A stretch of DNA of 64,000 bases from contig CAVSOT010000007.1 in the NCBI GenBank assembly GCA_963729695.1, positions 425,332-489,331 on the forward strand, given 5' to 3'. The position numbers and the translations under genes were made by a program. Shown in pieces: positions 40,793 to 49,601 of the stretch. This DNA comes from an uncultured Acidimicrobiaceae bacterium. Its GTDB lineage: Bacteria > Actinomycetota > Acidimicrobiia > Acidimicrobiales > Palsa-688. The notes below the pieces were generated by a model. The model had not been told where the DNA came from, did not search any database, and worked only from the letters and a program-made list of their open reading frames with translations. Each line of letters begins with the position of its first letter. Position 1 is the stretch's first letter.

Positions 40793-41293
40793 TTAGTCCT
40801 CTGGGACGGATTTGTACAGCCGCTGGAGGCTGTCCATCGCGGCCCCCACCTCTTGCTCGTTGATCTGATCGGCGAGCTTCGCCCCGCCGGATTCACGGAG
40901 CATGTCGTCGAGGCGGTACCGAATACGGCTGGTCGCCCATTCGAAGGGATCCCCCGCGGCGACGACGTCGATCTCGTACACGACGTGAAAATCCTCGTGT
41001 GGCTTCATGTAGTGGTAATGGGGCTCGTTGTGGAAGCAGTCGAACCGCAGATACTCGAGCCCATCGCCGGTCCCGAACACGTGGATGGTCGGACCGTCGT
41101 CGCCGACCCCGCGCTCCCGGTGGTCGACCAGGTCCTGGACGGCTTCCTCGTCCGCCCGGCCCTGATAGAAGTCGGAGACGATAGCCGGGCTGAGCTGGCG
41201 CATCTCGAGCCCGAAGGTCACGGGCCCGGCAGGGATTCGTCTGGTCGCCGCTTCGACGGGGGCGATGGGCTCGACGAAGTTCTTTCTTCCCAT
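40793..41293 (-). CDS. hypothetical protein
   Basis: 166-aa ORF with coding-like composition and a His-rich motif (FDCFHNEPHYHYMKPHEDFH). No family recognised. Confidence 0.6.
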   Translation of the reverse strand: MGRKNFVEPIAPVEAATRRIPAGPVTFGLEMRQLSPAIVSDFYQGRADEEAVQDLVDHRERGVGDDGPTIHVFGTGDGLEYLRFDCFHNEPHYHYMKPHEDFHVVYEIDVVAAGDPFEWATSRIRYRLDDMLRESGGAKLADQINEQEVGAAMDSLQRLYKSVPED

Positions 41294-41360
41294 GGTCGTT
41301 TACCTGCCTATCGTTCGCCGTCAACCCTAGACCAACAACCAGAAACCTGGCGAGGGCAGC

Positions 41361-42341
41361 TCAGGCGCCGGATCCGGACTCCAACAGGGGCACGATCCGA
41401 TCGGAGAGGAATCGGTAGGCCCAACCCGGACCGTCGAGCGGGAGTTCCTTGGCGGTCGCGTCCGAGCCGTAGATCTCCTCCCAATGTTCGAGGACATCCT
41501 CGGCCTCGAACGGTTCTGGACCAGCTACCCAGCCATCGCCGGCGACGATCCACGCCCTGGAAAACCATCCGGCTCGGGCGAGGAACACCTCGCCCGTCAC
41601 CGGGCAGCTCGGGTGGCAGAGGACCGCCACTATCGGCGCGACCCTCTCCGGGGTAAGCCACTCCCGGGCCGGCATTGCGGTCGGGTCCAGGGGTTCGGCC
41701 CTGGCCCGAAAGCGAAACGCGTTGGGATCGTCTGCTCGCCGGGTCGCCGCCCCTGGAGATATGGCGTTGGCCTTGATGCCGTATTGCCGGCCTTCGACTG
41801 CCAGCGAGCGCACCAACCCAACCACCCCCATTTTGGCCGCCGCGTAGTTGCTCATGAGCGGGGCGCCAAGCAGCCCGGCAGCCGACGTGGTGAGCACGAA
41901 CCGCCCCCCACCGCTTTGCTGCATGGCGGCGAAAGCCGGTTGGGCCACATAGAACCCTCCGAGCAGGTGCACATCGACCACGGCCTGGATCTCTTGGGTT
42001 GTCATCTCCGCAAAATGATTGTCCCGCGTAAAACCCGCGTTATGGACCACCGCATCCACCCTGTCCCACGCGTCGAGCGCGGCGCGCACGATGGCCTTTC
42101 CCCCTTCGGGATCTGCGACGCTGTCCTGGTTGGCCTCGGCTACTCCTCCTGCCGCCCGGATGGCGTCGACGGTTGCCGCCGCGGGGTTAGGCGAGGAGCC
42201 GCCTCCGCTTGGGTCGGCACCGAGGTCGTTGACGAGCACCCTGGCCCCCCGCCGGCCCAGCTCGAGCGCATAGGCGCGGCCGAGCCCAGCTCCCGCCCCG
42301 GTGACGATGACGACATCCCCATTGAACGTCAAGCTGCTCAT
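41361..42341 (-). CDS. SDR family NAD(P)-dependent oxidoreductase (MFE-2-like dehydrogenase domain)
   Basis: VIVTGAGAGLGRAYA (TGxxxGxG) and YAAAKMG (YxxxK). Confidence 0.85.
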   Translation of the reverse strand: MSSLTFNGDVVIVTGAGAGLGRAYALELGRRGARVLVNDLGADPSGGGSSPNPAAATVDAIRAAGGVAEANQDSVADPEGGKAIVRAALDAWDRVDAVVHNAGFTRDNHFAEMTTQEIQAVVDVHLLGGFYVAQPAFAAMQQSGGGRFVLTTSAAGLLGAPLMSNYAAAKMGVVGLVRSLAVEGRQYGIKANAISPGAATRRADDPNAFRFRARAEPLDPTAMPAREWLTPERVAPIVAVLCHPSCPVTGEVFLARAGWFSRAWIVAGDGWVAGPEPFEAEDVLEHWEEIYGSDATAKELPLDGPGWAYRFLSDRIVPLLESGSGA

Positions 42342-42471
42342 GGCACCTCCCTAACCCGGCGACGGCGATTCTGGCCGTGGCTATGGGCCCAATCAGACTA
42401 CTCACAGATTGACAACGCACCCGCTGCCTTGGTAACTTTCCCGCCTTGTACTGGTTGCCTCAGGGAGGGCA

Positions 42472-43632
42472 ATGGGGCCCTTAACCGGCATTCGAATCAT
42501 CGAAATGGGCGGCGCCGGCCCCGGACCATTCACTGCCATGGTGCTCGCCGATCTCGGCGCTGATGTCATCCGCATCGACCGGCCCAGCCTGGCGGATCCC
42601 GGCACGCCGAAGTCACGCAGCGTTTTGGTCAACGGCCGCAGTCGACGGTCGATCGCAGTCGACCTGAAGGCACCGGGCGGTGCCGCACTCGTCCTGCGTC
42701 TGGTGGCTCAGGCGGATGGATTCCTTGATGTTTACCGGCCAGGGGTCGCGGAGCGTCTGGGAATCGGGCCCTCTGAATGTCTGACCCACAATCCTCGTCT
42801 CGTCTACGTGCGAGTAACGGGTTGGGGCCAGGACGGTCCCTACGCGCAGGCTCCCGGTCACGACCTCAACTACATCGGTCTGACAGGTGTCCTTCACGCC
42901 ATCGGTGCGCCGCCCGCTCCGCCGCCCGTCCCGCTCAACGTCATTGGTGACTACGGCGGAGGGGGAATGCTCGCCGCCATCGGCATGCTGGCCGCCCTCT
43001 TGGAAAGCCGCCGCTCCGGAAAGGGGCAGGTGGTGGACGCCTCCATGCTCGACGGGGTCGCCCTGCTTTCGACGCTGTTCCACGGCCAGCGCGCCGAGGG
43101 CGAATGGCTCGACGAACGCGCCGCCAATTCGCTCAATGGCGGCGCCCACTTCTACAATGTCTACGAGACCTCCGATGGGAGGTTCTTGACTATTGCCTCT
43201 GGGGAGCCGCAGTTCTATGAAGCCCTCCTGCGAGAGCTCGACCTCCCCCCAGAGGAATTCCCTCAGTACGACCTGGATAAGTGGCCGGAGATGAAAGTTC
43301 GGATAGCTGCGATTATCAAAACCAAGCCGCTGGCCCACTGGTCCGCACTGGCCGGTGACCGTTCGCAGTGTGTCGCTCCGGTTTGGAGCTTTGCCGAGGC
43401 CCCCTCGGATCCGCACAACCAGGCCCATGGCACCTTCGTCGAGGTCGATGGGGTCACGCAGCCGCAGGTAGCACCTAGATTCGCCCGGACTCCGGGGCGG
43501 GTCGGGCCGGTCGCGACACCGGGGCAACACACCCGCGCCGTCTTGAAGGAGTGGGGCTTGGCCGATGAGGAGGTCGCCGCCTTGGAAGAGCAGGAGACCA
43601 TTCGCCAGCGGCCCGTCACCCACACGCCATGA
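42472..43632 (+). CDS. family-III CoA-transferase, alpha-methylacyl-CoA racemase-like
   Basis: GIRIIEMGGAGPGPFTAMVLADLGADVIRIDRP and the GHDLNYIGLTG (His/Asp racemase-type) motif. Confidence 0.85.
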   Translation: MGPLTGIRIIEMGGAGPGPFTAMVLADLGADVIRIDRPSLADPGTPKSRSVLVNGRSRRSIAVDLKAPGGAALVLRLVAQADGFLDVYRPGVAERLGIGPSECLTHNPRLVYVRVTGWGQDGPYAQAPGHDLNYIGLTGVLHAIGAPPAPPPVPLNVIGDYGGGGMLAAIGMLAALLESRRSGKGQVVDASMLDGVALLSTLFHGQRAEGEWLDERAANSLNGGAHFYNVYETSDGRFLTIASGEPQFYEALLRELDLPPEEFPQYDLDKWPEMKVRIAAIIKTKPLAHWSALAGDRSQCVAPVWSFAEAPSDPHNQAHGTFVEVDGVTQPQVAPRFARTPGRVGPVATPGQHTRAVLKEWGLADEEVAALEEQETIRQRPVTHTP

Positions 43633-45335
43633 CCGAATGGGATTTCCTCACTGACACGTTGATCGTCGGCAGCGGCGGCGGCGCGTTGTGCGCCGCACTG
43701 GTGGCGCGATCCCACGGTCTGGACGCGCTCGTGGTGGAGAAGACGGAGTACGTGGGCGGCTCCACGGCCATGTCCGGTGGGGGGGTATGGATCCCCAACA
43801 ACCCGGTCATGCGATCGGCCGGGGTGCCGGATTCGGCTGCAGACGCCCTCACCTACTTCGACGCCGTGGTCGGCGACGTCGGTCCGGCGTCCTCGGAGGA
43901 ACGACGACAGGCGTACGTGGACAGCGCGCCCCGGATGGTGTCGTTCTTGCAGGATCTGGGTGTTCCGTTCAGTCGGGGTGACGGATATGCCGATTACTAC
44001 AGCGAAGCGGCGGGTGGCAGCGAACGGGGCCGCACCATCGAGGTCCACGCATTCGACTTGCACAAGCTCGGTCCCTGGCAGCGCAAGCTTCGACCCGGAA
44101 TGACCGCGAGCCTGGGTATCGTCGCCACGACCCCTGAGCTCACGGCGATGCTCTACTACAACCGGAGCGTGAAGGGGCTGCTGGTCAGCGCCCGCGTCCT
44201 GGCCCGGACCTTCGCCGGGAAGGTGCGGGGCCAGGCCCTCGTTTCCAACGGTGGGGCGCTGACCGGAAGGCTGCTCGAGTTGGTCGTCGACCGTGGCGCC
44301 CAAATCTGGACGGAGTCGTCCCTCAAGGACCTGATCGTCGACGGCGGCGTGGTCGTGGGTGCGATCGTCGAGCAAGGTGGCAGGCAGCGACGCGTCGGTG
44401 CCCGCTACGGGGTGCTGCTGGCGGCCGGGGGTTTCTCCCGCAACGATGCCATGCGGAAGCGCTACGGCGGCGAGCAGGCGCACTCCGCAGCGTGGTCGAT
44501 TGCCGGTCCGGGGGACACTGGCGAGGTGCTCCAGACCGCGGTGGCGCACGGAGCGGCCACGGACTTGCTCGACGAAGCCGTGTGGATCCCCACCCCCCGG
44601 CAGGCCGACGGGAGCCTGCCGACCTATCCGGCTCGCCGGATGCTGTCGTTCTCCCGGTTCCGGTGGCGGCCGGGGACGATCATGGTCGACGCGGCCGGAG
44701 AGCGTTTCGCCAACGAGTCGATGAGTTACATGGAGCTCGGGCAGCTGATGTTCGCCCGGGATCGAAAGGTGCGCTCCGTGCCGAGCTGGCTGGTGTTCGA
44801 CGACGCCTGCCGACGCCGGTCGCTCTTCGGGGTGCTTCCGGGTCGGCTCCCTGCCCGGTGGATCCGCGACGGGTTCATCGTTCGGGCGGACACTCTCGCC
44901 GAGCTGGCCACCCGGTGCGGCGTGGATCCGGTCGGCCTCGAAGCCACTGTGCAACGCTTCAACGGTTTCGCCCGAACTGGAGTGGACGCCGATTTCCACC
45001 GGGGTGAGAGCGCCGCCGACCGGTTCGCAGCCGATCCGAGCATCCGCCCCAACAGCTGCCTGGCGCCGCTGGATCGGCCACCGTTCTACGCGGTCGCCAT
45101 GTACCCGTGCGACGTCGGAACGAGCGGTGGTCTGCTCACCGACGGGCACGCCCGGGTGCTTGGAACGGACGGCCGGCCCATCCCTGGGCTGTACGCCGCC
45201 GGCAACATCACGGCCAGCGTGATGGGCCGGCGTTACCTGGGCGCCGGCGGCAATATAGGGCCGGCGTGCACCTTTGGGTTCGTGGCCATGGAGCACATCG
45301 CGTCGCAGGCAGCCGCTCCGGTCACCCGGTCCTAA
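43629..45335 (+). CDS. FAD-dependent oxidoreductase, 3-ketosteroid-delta1-dehydrogenase / fumarate-reductase flavoprotein-like
   Basis: LIVGSGGGALCAALVA...VVEKTEYVGGSTAMSGGGVWIP, and C-terminal GLYAAGN. ATGA overlap with the upstream gene. Confidence 0.85.
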   Translation: MTEWDFLTDTLIVGSGGGALCAALVARSHGLDALVVEKTEYVGGSTAMSGGGVWIPNNPVMRSAGVPDSAADALTYFDAVVGDVGPASSEERRQAYVDSAPRMVSFLQDLGVPFSRGDGYADYYSEAAGGSERGRTIEVHAFDLHKLGPWQRKLRPGMTASLGIVATTPELTAMLYYNRSVKGLLVSARVLARTFAGKVRGQALVSNGGALTGRLLELVVDRGAQIWTESSLKDLIVDGGVVVGAIVEQGGRQRRVGARYGVLLAAGGFSRNDAMRKRYGGEQAHSAAWSIAGPGDTGEVLQTAVAHGAATDLLDEAVWIPTPRQADGSLPTYPARRMLSFSRFRWRPGTIMVDAAGERFANESMSYMELGQLMFARDRKVRSVPSWLVFDDACRRRSLFGVLPGRLPARWIRDGFIVRADTLAELATRCGVDPVGLEATVQRFNGFARTGVDADFHRGESAADRFAADPSIRPNSCLAPLDRPPFYAVAMYPCDVGTSGGLLTDGHARVLGTDGRPIPGLYAAGNITASVMGRRYLGAGGNIGPACTFGFVAMEHIASQAAAPVTRS

Positions 45336-45382
45336 GCCGGACGATATTCCGCGCCAGACCGAAGCCCACGGTGACGATTTTC

Positions 45383-45417
45383 GGTATCTAAACCGCGTAT
45401 TACGCGGTTTAGATACC
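45383..45417. terminator. perfect 35-nt AT-rich palindrome between convergent genes (possible bidirectional terminator or protein-binding site)
   Basis: GGTATCTAAACCGCGTA-T-TACGCGGTTTAGATACC, flanked by TTTTC on the left and AAAAAA on the right. Confidence 0.5.
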
Positions 45418-45477
45418 AAAAAAGCCTCGGGGATTGATGAGCGATGCTCGACGGGCCGGGTGACGCGTCCTGTCAGC

Positions 45478-46299
45478 TCACGAGGTGTGGGACTGACCGG
45501 ACTGACCGGACTGGCCGGACTGACCGGACTGGCCGGACTGACTGCTTGCGACCGCCGGAAACTGCTTGGCGAACGTTTCCATCACGGCCGTCGTCTCAGG
45601 GGCGACCGCCTCGTTGAGGAAGGTGCCCAAATCGAATCCGGGCAAGGTGCGTCGAACCGTGTACTTGTATTCTCGAAGCGAGTAGGCGTCGTAGGTGGCG
45701 AGCTGACCGGCCAACTCCATCGTTGCCGCCTCGAGCTCACTCGGGGGATGAACTTCCGAGATCATTCCCCAGTCGAGCGCCTGGGGCGCCCCGATCTTCT
45801 TCGCCGTGAAGAGCATGTACTTCGTGCGCTCCACCCCGATCCTCGCCGCCAACCGGGTGGCGGTATAGGGTTCGTACAGGCCACGCGTCGCCATTGGCGT
45901 GCAAAAACCGGCGGTCTCTGCTGCGATCGCCAGGTCGCTGTAGAGGATGAACCCCAGGCCCCCCGCATAGGTATCGCCATTGACCATGGCCACGATGGGC
46001 TTGGGGAGCCACTCCATGAGCGAGAAGATGTCGACGGTCCGCATGGACATCGCCACGGTGTTGTGGAGCGCGTTCTGCCGTTCACCCAGCGTCGTGGTCA
46101 GATCCCCGCCCGCGCAGAAGAACCGGCCGTTGCCAGTGACCACGACCACCTTCACGTCGGGGCTGGCAGCGGCTCGGGTGAGCTCCTCAGAGATGGCATT
46201 GAGGAGGTCGGCATTCATGGCATTGAGCTTCTCGGGTCGATTGAGCCGGATGGTCAGAACACCGGATGCAAAGTCGCTGGTTACGGTTGGGTTGCTCAC
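45478..46299 (-). CDS. enoyl-CoA hydratase/isomerase family protein with C-terminal (SGQ)n tail
   Basis: Crotonase motifs LNRPEKLNAMN and FFCAGGDL. The C-terminus reads SSQSGQSGQSGQSGQSGQSHTS. Confidence 0.85.
   Translation of the reverse strand: MSNPTVTSDFASGVLTIRLNRPEKLNAMNADLLNAISEELTRAAASPDVKVVVVTGNGRFFCAGGDLTTTLGERQNALHNTVAMSMRTVDIFSLMEWLPKPIVAMVNGDTYAGGLGFILYSDLAIAAETAGFCTPMATRGLYEPYTATRLAARIGVERTKYMLFTAKKIGAPQALDWGMISEVHPPSELEAATMELAGQLATYDAYSLREYKYTVRRTLPGFDLGTFLNEAVAPETTAVMETFAKQFPAVASSQSGQSGQSGQSGQSGQSHTS
45490..45543 (-). repeat. 9-nt tandem repeat, about 6 copies (GGACTGRCC), encoding the (SGQ)n tail
   Basis: Read directly at the 3' end of the hydratase gene. Confidence 0.8.
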
Positions 46300-46360
46300 G
46301 CCGGCGAGTCTAGGGTCTTACCGTCCAGGACGAACAAGGGCGCACGAGGGAGATGAACCG

Positions 46361-47977
46361 GTGACGGGATGGGGACGCGCAACCGAGGCCACGTTGGCGC
46401 CGATATTGTCCGATCGAGTCCAACAACATCCAGAAAAGGCGCTCTTTATCGTCGAAGGGCGAGCCGTCTCCTACGCCGAGCTCGATCGCAAGTCAAATGG
46501 CTTCGCCCGTCGATTCCAGGAACTCGGTATCGGTCCGGGTGACACCGTAGCCACGTTGATGCTCAACTGCGAGGAGATCGTCTATAGCTGGTTCGCCTGC
46601 GCCAAGTTGGGAGCCATCCACGTGCCCATGCACGCCGAGTGGGGAGAACAGCTGATCGACCAGCTCACCACGGCGGAGGCCAAGGTGGTCCTGGCCGATC
46701 CCGACCTGGCCGCGCACCTGGCCGGCTCCATGCAGGCCGTGCCGCACCTCGAGCACATTGTCGTGCGGGCAGGGGAGGACCGTACGGTGGAAATCACCAC
46801 TGATGGCAAGGCGAGCCTTCACCCCATGGACTACCTCCTCGGCGGCGACGAATCCGGCGTACATCCGGTGAGAGAACCGCGCTGGGACGATCTCTCGGCC
46901 ATTCTGTTCACGGGCGGGACGACCGGTCGTTCCAAAGGCGTCGCCATCTCGCACAACTACGTGGTGACCATGGCTCGAGCCGCGGCTGCTCAAGTGGGCT
47001 TCACCTCTAATTCGGTCGCCTTTCAGCCGAGTCCCCTGTACCACGTGGGGGCCACCATCGGGGCGGTCATGTGTCCGCTCGTGAGCGGCGGAACCGGGGC
47101 GACCGAGCTTCGTTTCGACCCGACCACGTACTGGCAGCGCACCCGTGCCTACGGGGCCACGAGCGTCAGCTTGCGAATGCCGATGATCGTCATGCTCTTG
47201 GCCGAGCCCTCGCGTGAGGATGATGCCGACAACCCGGTGCGGTTTTCCACCGCTCCCCAGATTCCCAAGGACGTGCGCCTCGAGTTCGAACAGCGGTTCG
47301 ACCTGCAAATCGTCCACTCGTACGCCAACTCGGAGGCGATTCCCATCCTCGTCGGCCTCGCTGCCGATCCGCCGCCGCCCGGTCGGTCCGGCCAGCCCAA
47401 TCCGGACATGGAGGTACGCCTGTTCGACGACCAGGACCGGGAAGTAATCTCAGGAGACGTCGGCGAATTTGTCGTTCGACCGCGTCGGCCTTGCATCATG
47501 TTCTCGGGCTACTTCAACAACGCGGCGGCCACGGTCAAGGCGTGGCGGAACCTGTGGTTTCACACCGGCGACCTCGGGAGGGTGCACGAGGACGGATGGT
47601 GGTCCGTGATCGATCGCAAAGGGGACGAGCTCCGAGTAGGCCGGGAGGTCTACTCGACCTTCGAGATCGAGGGTTCCGTCCTGCGATTTCCCGGCGTGAA
47701 GGAGGCTGCCGTCTACTCCCTGCTCGGCCCGGAGGGCGCCGAGGTGAAGATGAGCCTGCGTCTCGGCCACCCCGAGCTGGACTTCGAGGCCTTCGTTCGT
47801 TTCTGCGAGGAGAAGTTGCCGGTCGTCCCGCGGTATATCGAGGTGGTCGACGATTTCCCCCGTGGGGCTGCCAGCCGGGTGCAGAAATACAAGCTGCGCC
47901 AGCTTGGCCTGACCGCCCAGACGTGGGACCGTTCCACCGGATCGTTTTGCTGCCTCGCGCCGGGGGAGAGACGGTAG
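46361..47977 (+). CDS. AMP-dependent synthetase/ligase (acyl-CoA ligase)
   Basis: AMP-binding motif LFTGGTTGRSKGV. Start set to GTG 46361 (GGGAG upstream) because the ORF-track N-terminus overlaps the divergent hydratase gene. Confidence 0.8.
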   Translation: MTGWGRATEATLAPILSDRVQQHPEKALFIVEGRAVSYAELDRKSNGFARRFQELGIGPGDTVATLMLNCEEIVYSWFACAKLGAIHVPMHAEWGEQLIDQLTTAEAKVVLADPDLAAHLAGSMQAVPHLEHIVVRAGEDRTVEITTDGKASLHPMDYLLGGDESGVHPVREPRWDDLSAILFTGGTTGRSKGVAISHNYVVTMARAAAAQVGFTSNSVAFQPSPLYHVGATIGAVMCPLVSGGTGATELRFDPTTYWQRTRAYGATSVSLRMPMIVMLLAEPSREDDADNPVRFSTAPQIPKDVRLEFEQRFDLQIVHSYANSEAIPILVGLAADPPPPGRSGQPNPDMEVRLFDDQDREVISGDVGEFVVRPRRPCIMFSGYFNNAAATVKAWRNLWFHTGDLGRVHEDGWWSVIDRKGDELRVGREVYSTFEIEGSVLRFPGVKEAAVYSLLGPEGAEVKMSLRLGHPELDFEAFVRFCEEKLPVVPRYIEVVDDFPRGAASRVQKYKLRQLGLTAQTWDRSTGSFCCLAPGERR

Positions 47978-49555
47978 ATGCCAATTGGGGAAGTGCTTCC
48001 CGAGATGGTGCGCAGGCGGGCCGAGGAGTCACCGACGCGGGTGTTCCTCCGGGAAGTGGACGGGCCGGCGTTGACCTGGGCGGAGCTCCACCGCGGGGCC
48101 ACGACATGGGTCTCTGCCCTCAAAGCCGCGGGGGTGAAATCCGGCGACGCCGTGGCCGCCATGATGCCCCACGGGGTGGAGGCCTATTTCGCCTGGCTGG
48201 CGTGCGGCTGGTTGGGGGCGATCGAGGTGCCCGCCAACCTGGCCTACAAGGCGAGATGGCTCCAACACGTGCTCAACCTGCCTCGCGCCCGGTTCCTGGT
48301 GATCTCCGAGCGCTACCTCGACCGCCTCGCTGACATCTGGGGGGACCTGTCATGGTTGGACACGGTCATCGTGTTCGATGCTCAAGACGCTCTCCCCGAA
48401 TTGCCGTTTCGAACCTTGGATCGCAAGGAGTTCCTCTCGGGCGCGCCGCCTACGGACGACGAGCGCCTGGTCGCACCATCCCCGCACGACATCTCCTGCA
48501 TCATCTACACCTCCGGTACCTCCGGTCCGACCAAGGGGGTGCTGGTCACCTGGGCCATGCTGCACGACGCCGTCGAATCCGCGGTGCCAGCGACGTGGGG
48601 GAAAGGCGACGTGTGGTACGGGACGGCCCCGCTGTATCACGTCTCCGGAAAGTCCTCCCTGCTGGTCGGAGCTCACTACAACTCCGAACTGGTGGTGAGG
48701 GAGACCTACAGCACCGGCGCGTTTTGGGAGGATATCCGCAACTACGGCTGTACCGGGGCAGCCCTCGTCGGGGCAATGGTGAACTATCTTTTCCGGCAGC
48801 CTCCGCACGAAGGCGACGCCGATTCGCCACTCCGTTATGTACGCATGACGCCGTTGATCGAAGAGCTCGAAGAGTTCCGGCGGCGGTTTGGGGTGGAGGT
48901 CTACACCGCCTATGGCATGACGGAGATAACCCCGCCGATCAGCTTCGCGAGCAAAGAGGTGGATGCCGGGCACTGGAAGAGTTGTGGTCGGGTCCGTCCG
49001 GGCCTCGACGTTCGGGTGGTCGACGATTTCGATCGGCCGCTGCCGCCCGGGGAAGTGGGCGCTCTGGTCGTCCGCAGTCACGAGCCGTGGCTGATCACAC
49101 CGGGCTACGTCAACATGCCGGAGGAAACGGCCAAGGCCTGGCAGAACGGCTGGTTTCACACCAATGATGCCTTTACTTACGACGAAGACGGCTATTTCTA
49201 CTTCCAGCCGGGCGTGAAGAAGAAGGACATGATCCGGCGGCGAGGGGAGAATATCTCCGCCTTCGAAGTCGAGGTCGCGGTAAGGCAGCATCCCGATGTC
49301 GCGGATTGCAAGGCCATGGCCGTGGCCTCCGAGTGGGGGGAGGACGAGGTGAAGGTCGTGGTGGTGGCCAGGCCCGGCCGGATGATCGAGCCCCGGCAGT
49401 TGGTCGACTTCCTCGACCCTTTCATGCCCAGATTCGCGTTACCTCGGTTCGTCGAGCTCGCTTCGAGCTTGTCGGAGCACCCCACCGGATCCAGGGCGAG
49501 CCTGCGAGCCCATTCCCGGACTGCGAGGGTGTGGGATCGGGAGCAACCGGCCTGA
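47978..49555 (+). CDS. AMP-dependent synthetase/ligase (acyl-CoA ligase)
   Basis: IIYTSGTSGPTKGV, YGMTE and WFHTNDAF motifs. The ATG immediately follows the upstream stop. Confidence 0.85.
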   Translation: MPIGEVLPEMVRRRAEESPTRVFLREVDGPALTWAELHRGATTWVSALKAAGVKSGDAVAAMMPHGVEAYFAWLACGWLGAIEVPANLAYKARWLQHVLNLPRARFLVISERYLDRLADIWGDLSWLDTVIVFDAQDALPELPFRTLDRKEFLSGAPPTDDERLVAPSPHDISCIIYTSGTSGPTKGVLVTWAMLHDAVESAVPATWGKGDVWYGTAPLYHVSGKSSLLVGAHYNSELVVRETYSTGAFWEDIRNYGCTGAALVGAMVNYLFRQPPHEGDADSPLRYVRMTPLIEELEEFRRRFGVEVYTAYGMTEITPPISFASKEVDAGHWKSCGRVRPGLDVRVVDDFDRPLPPGEVGALVVRSHEPWLITPGYVNMPEETAKAWQNGWFHTNDAFTYDEDGYFYFQPGVKKKDMIRRRGENISAFEVEVAVRQHPDVADCKAMAVASEWGEDEVKVVVVARPGRMIEPRQLVDFLDPFMPRFALPRFVELASSLSEHPTGSRASLRAHSRTARVWDREQPA

Positions 49556-49601
49556 CTCGCCCGACGAGGTTCGGGAGGCCGCTCTCGAAGCGGGATGCCG
49601 C

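Noticed and set aside
43263-45419. 718-aa minus-strand ORF, and similar long antisense or alternate-frame ORFs (e.g. 5846..7165 -, 20733..21887 -, 36417..37943 -, 8194..9174 -, 35222..36388 -).
   Set aside because: These are typical high-GC shadow ORFs. They are Arg/Pro/Gly/Ala-rich, have no recognisable motifs, and each fully overlaps a gene in another frame or strand that has clear family signatures.
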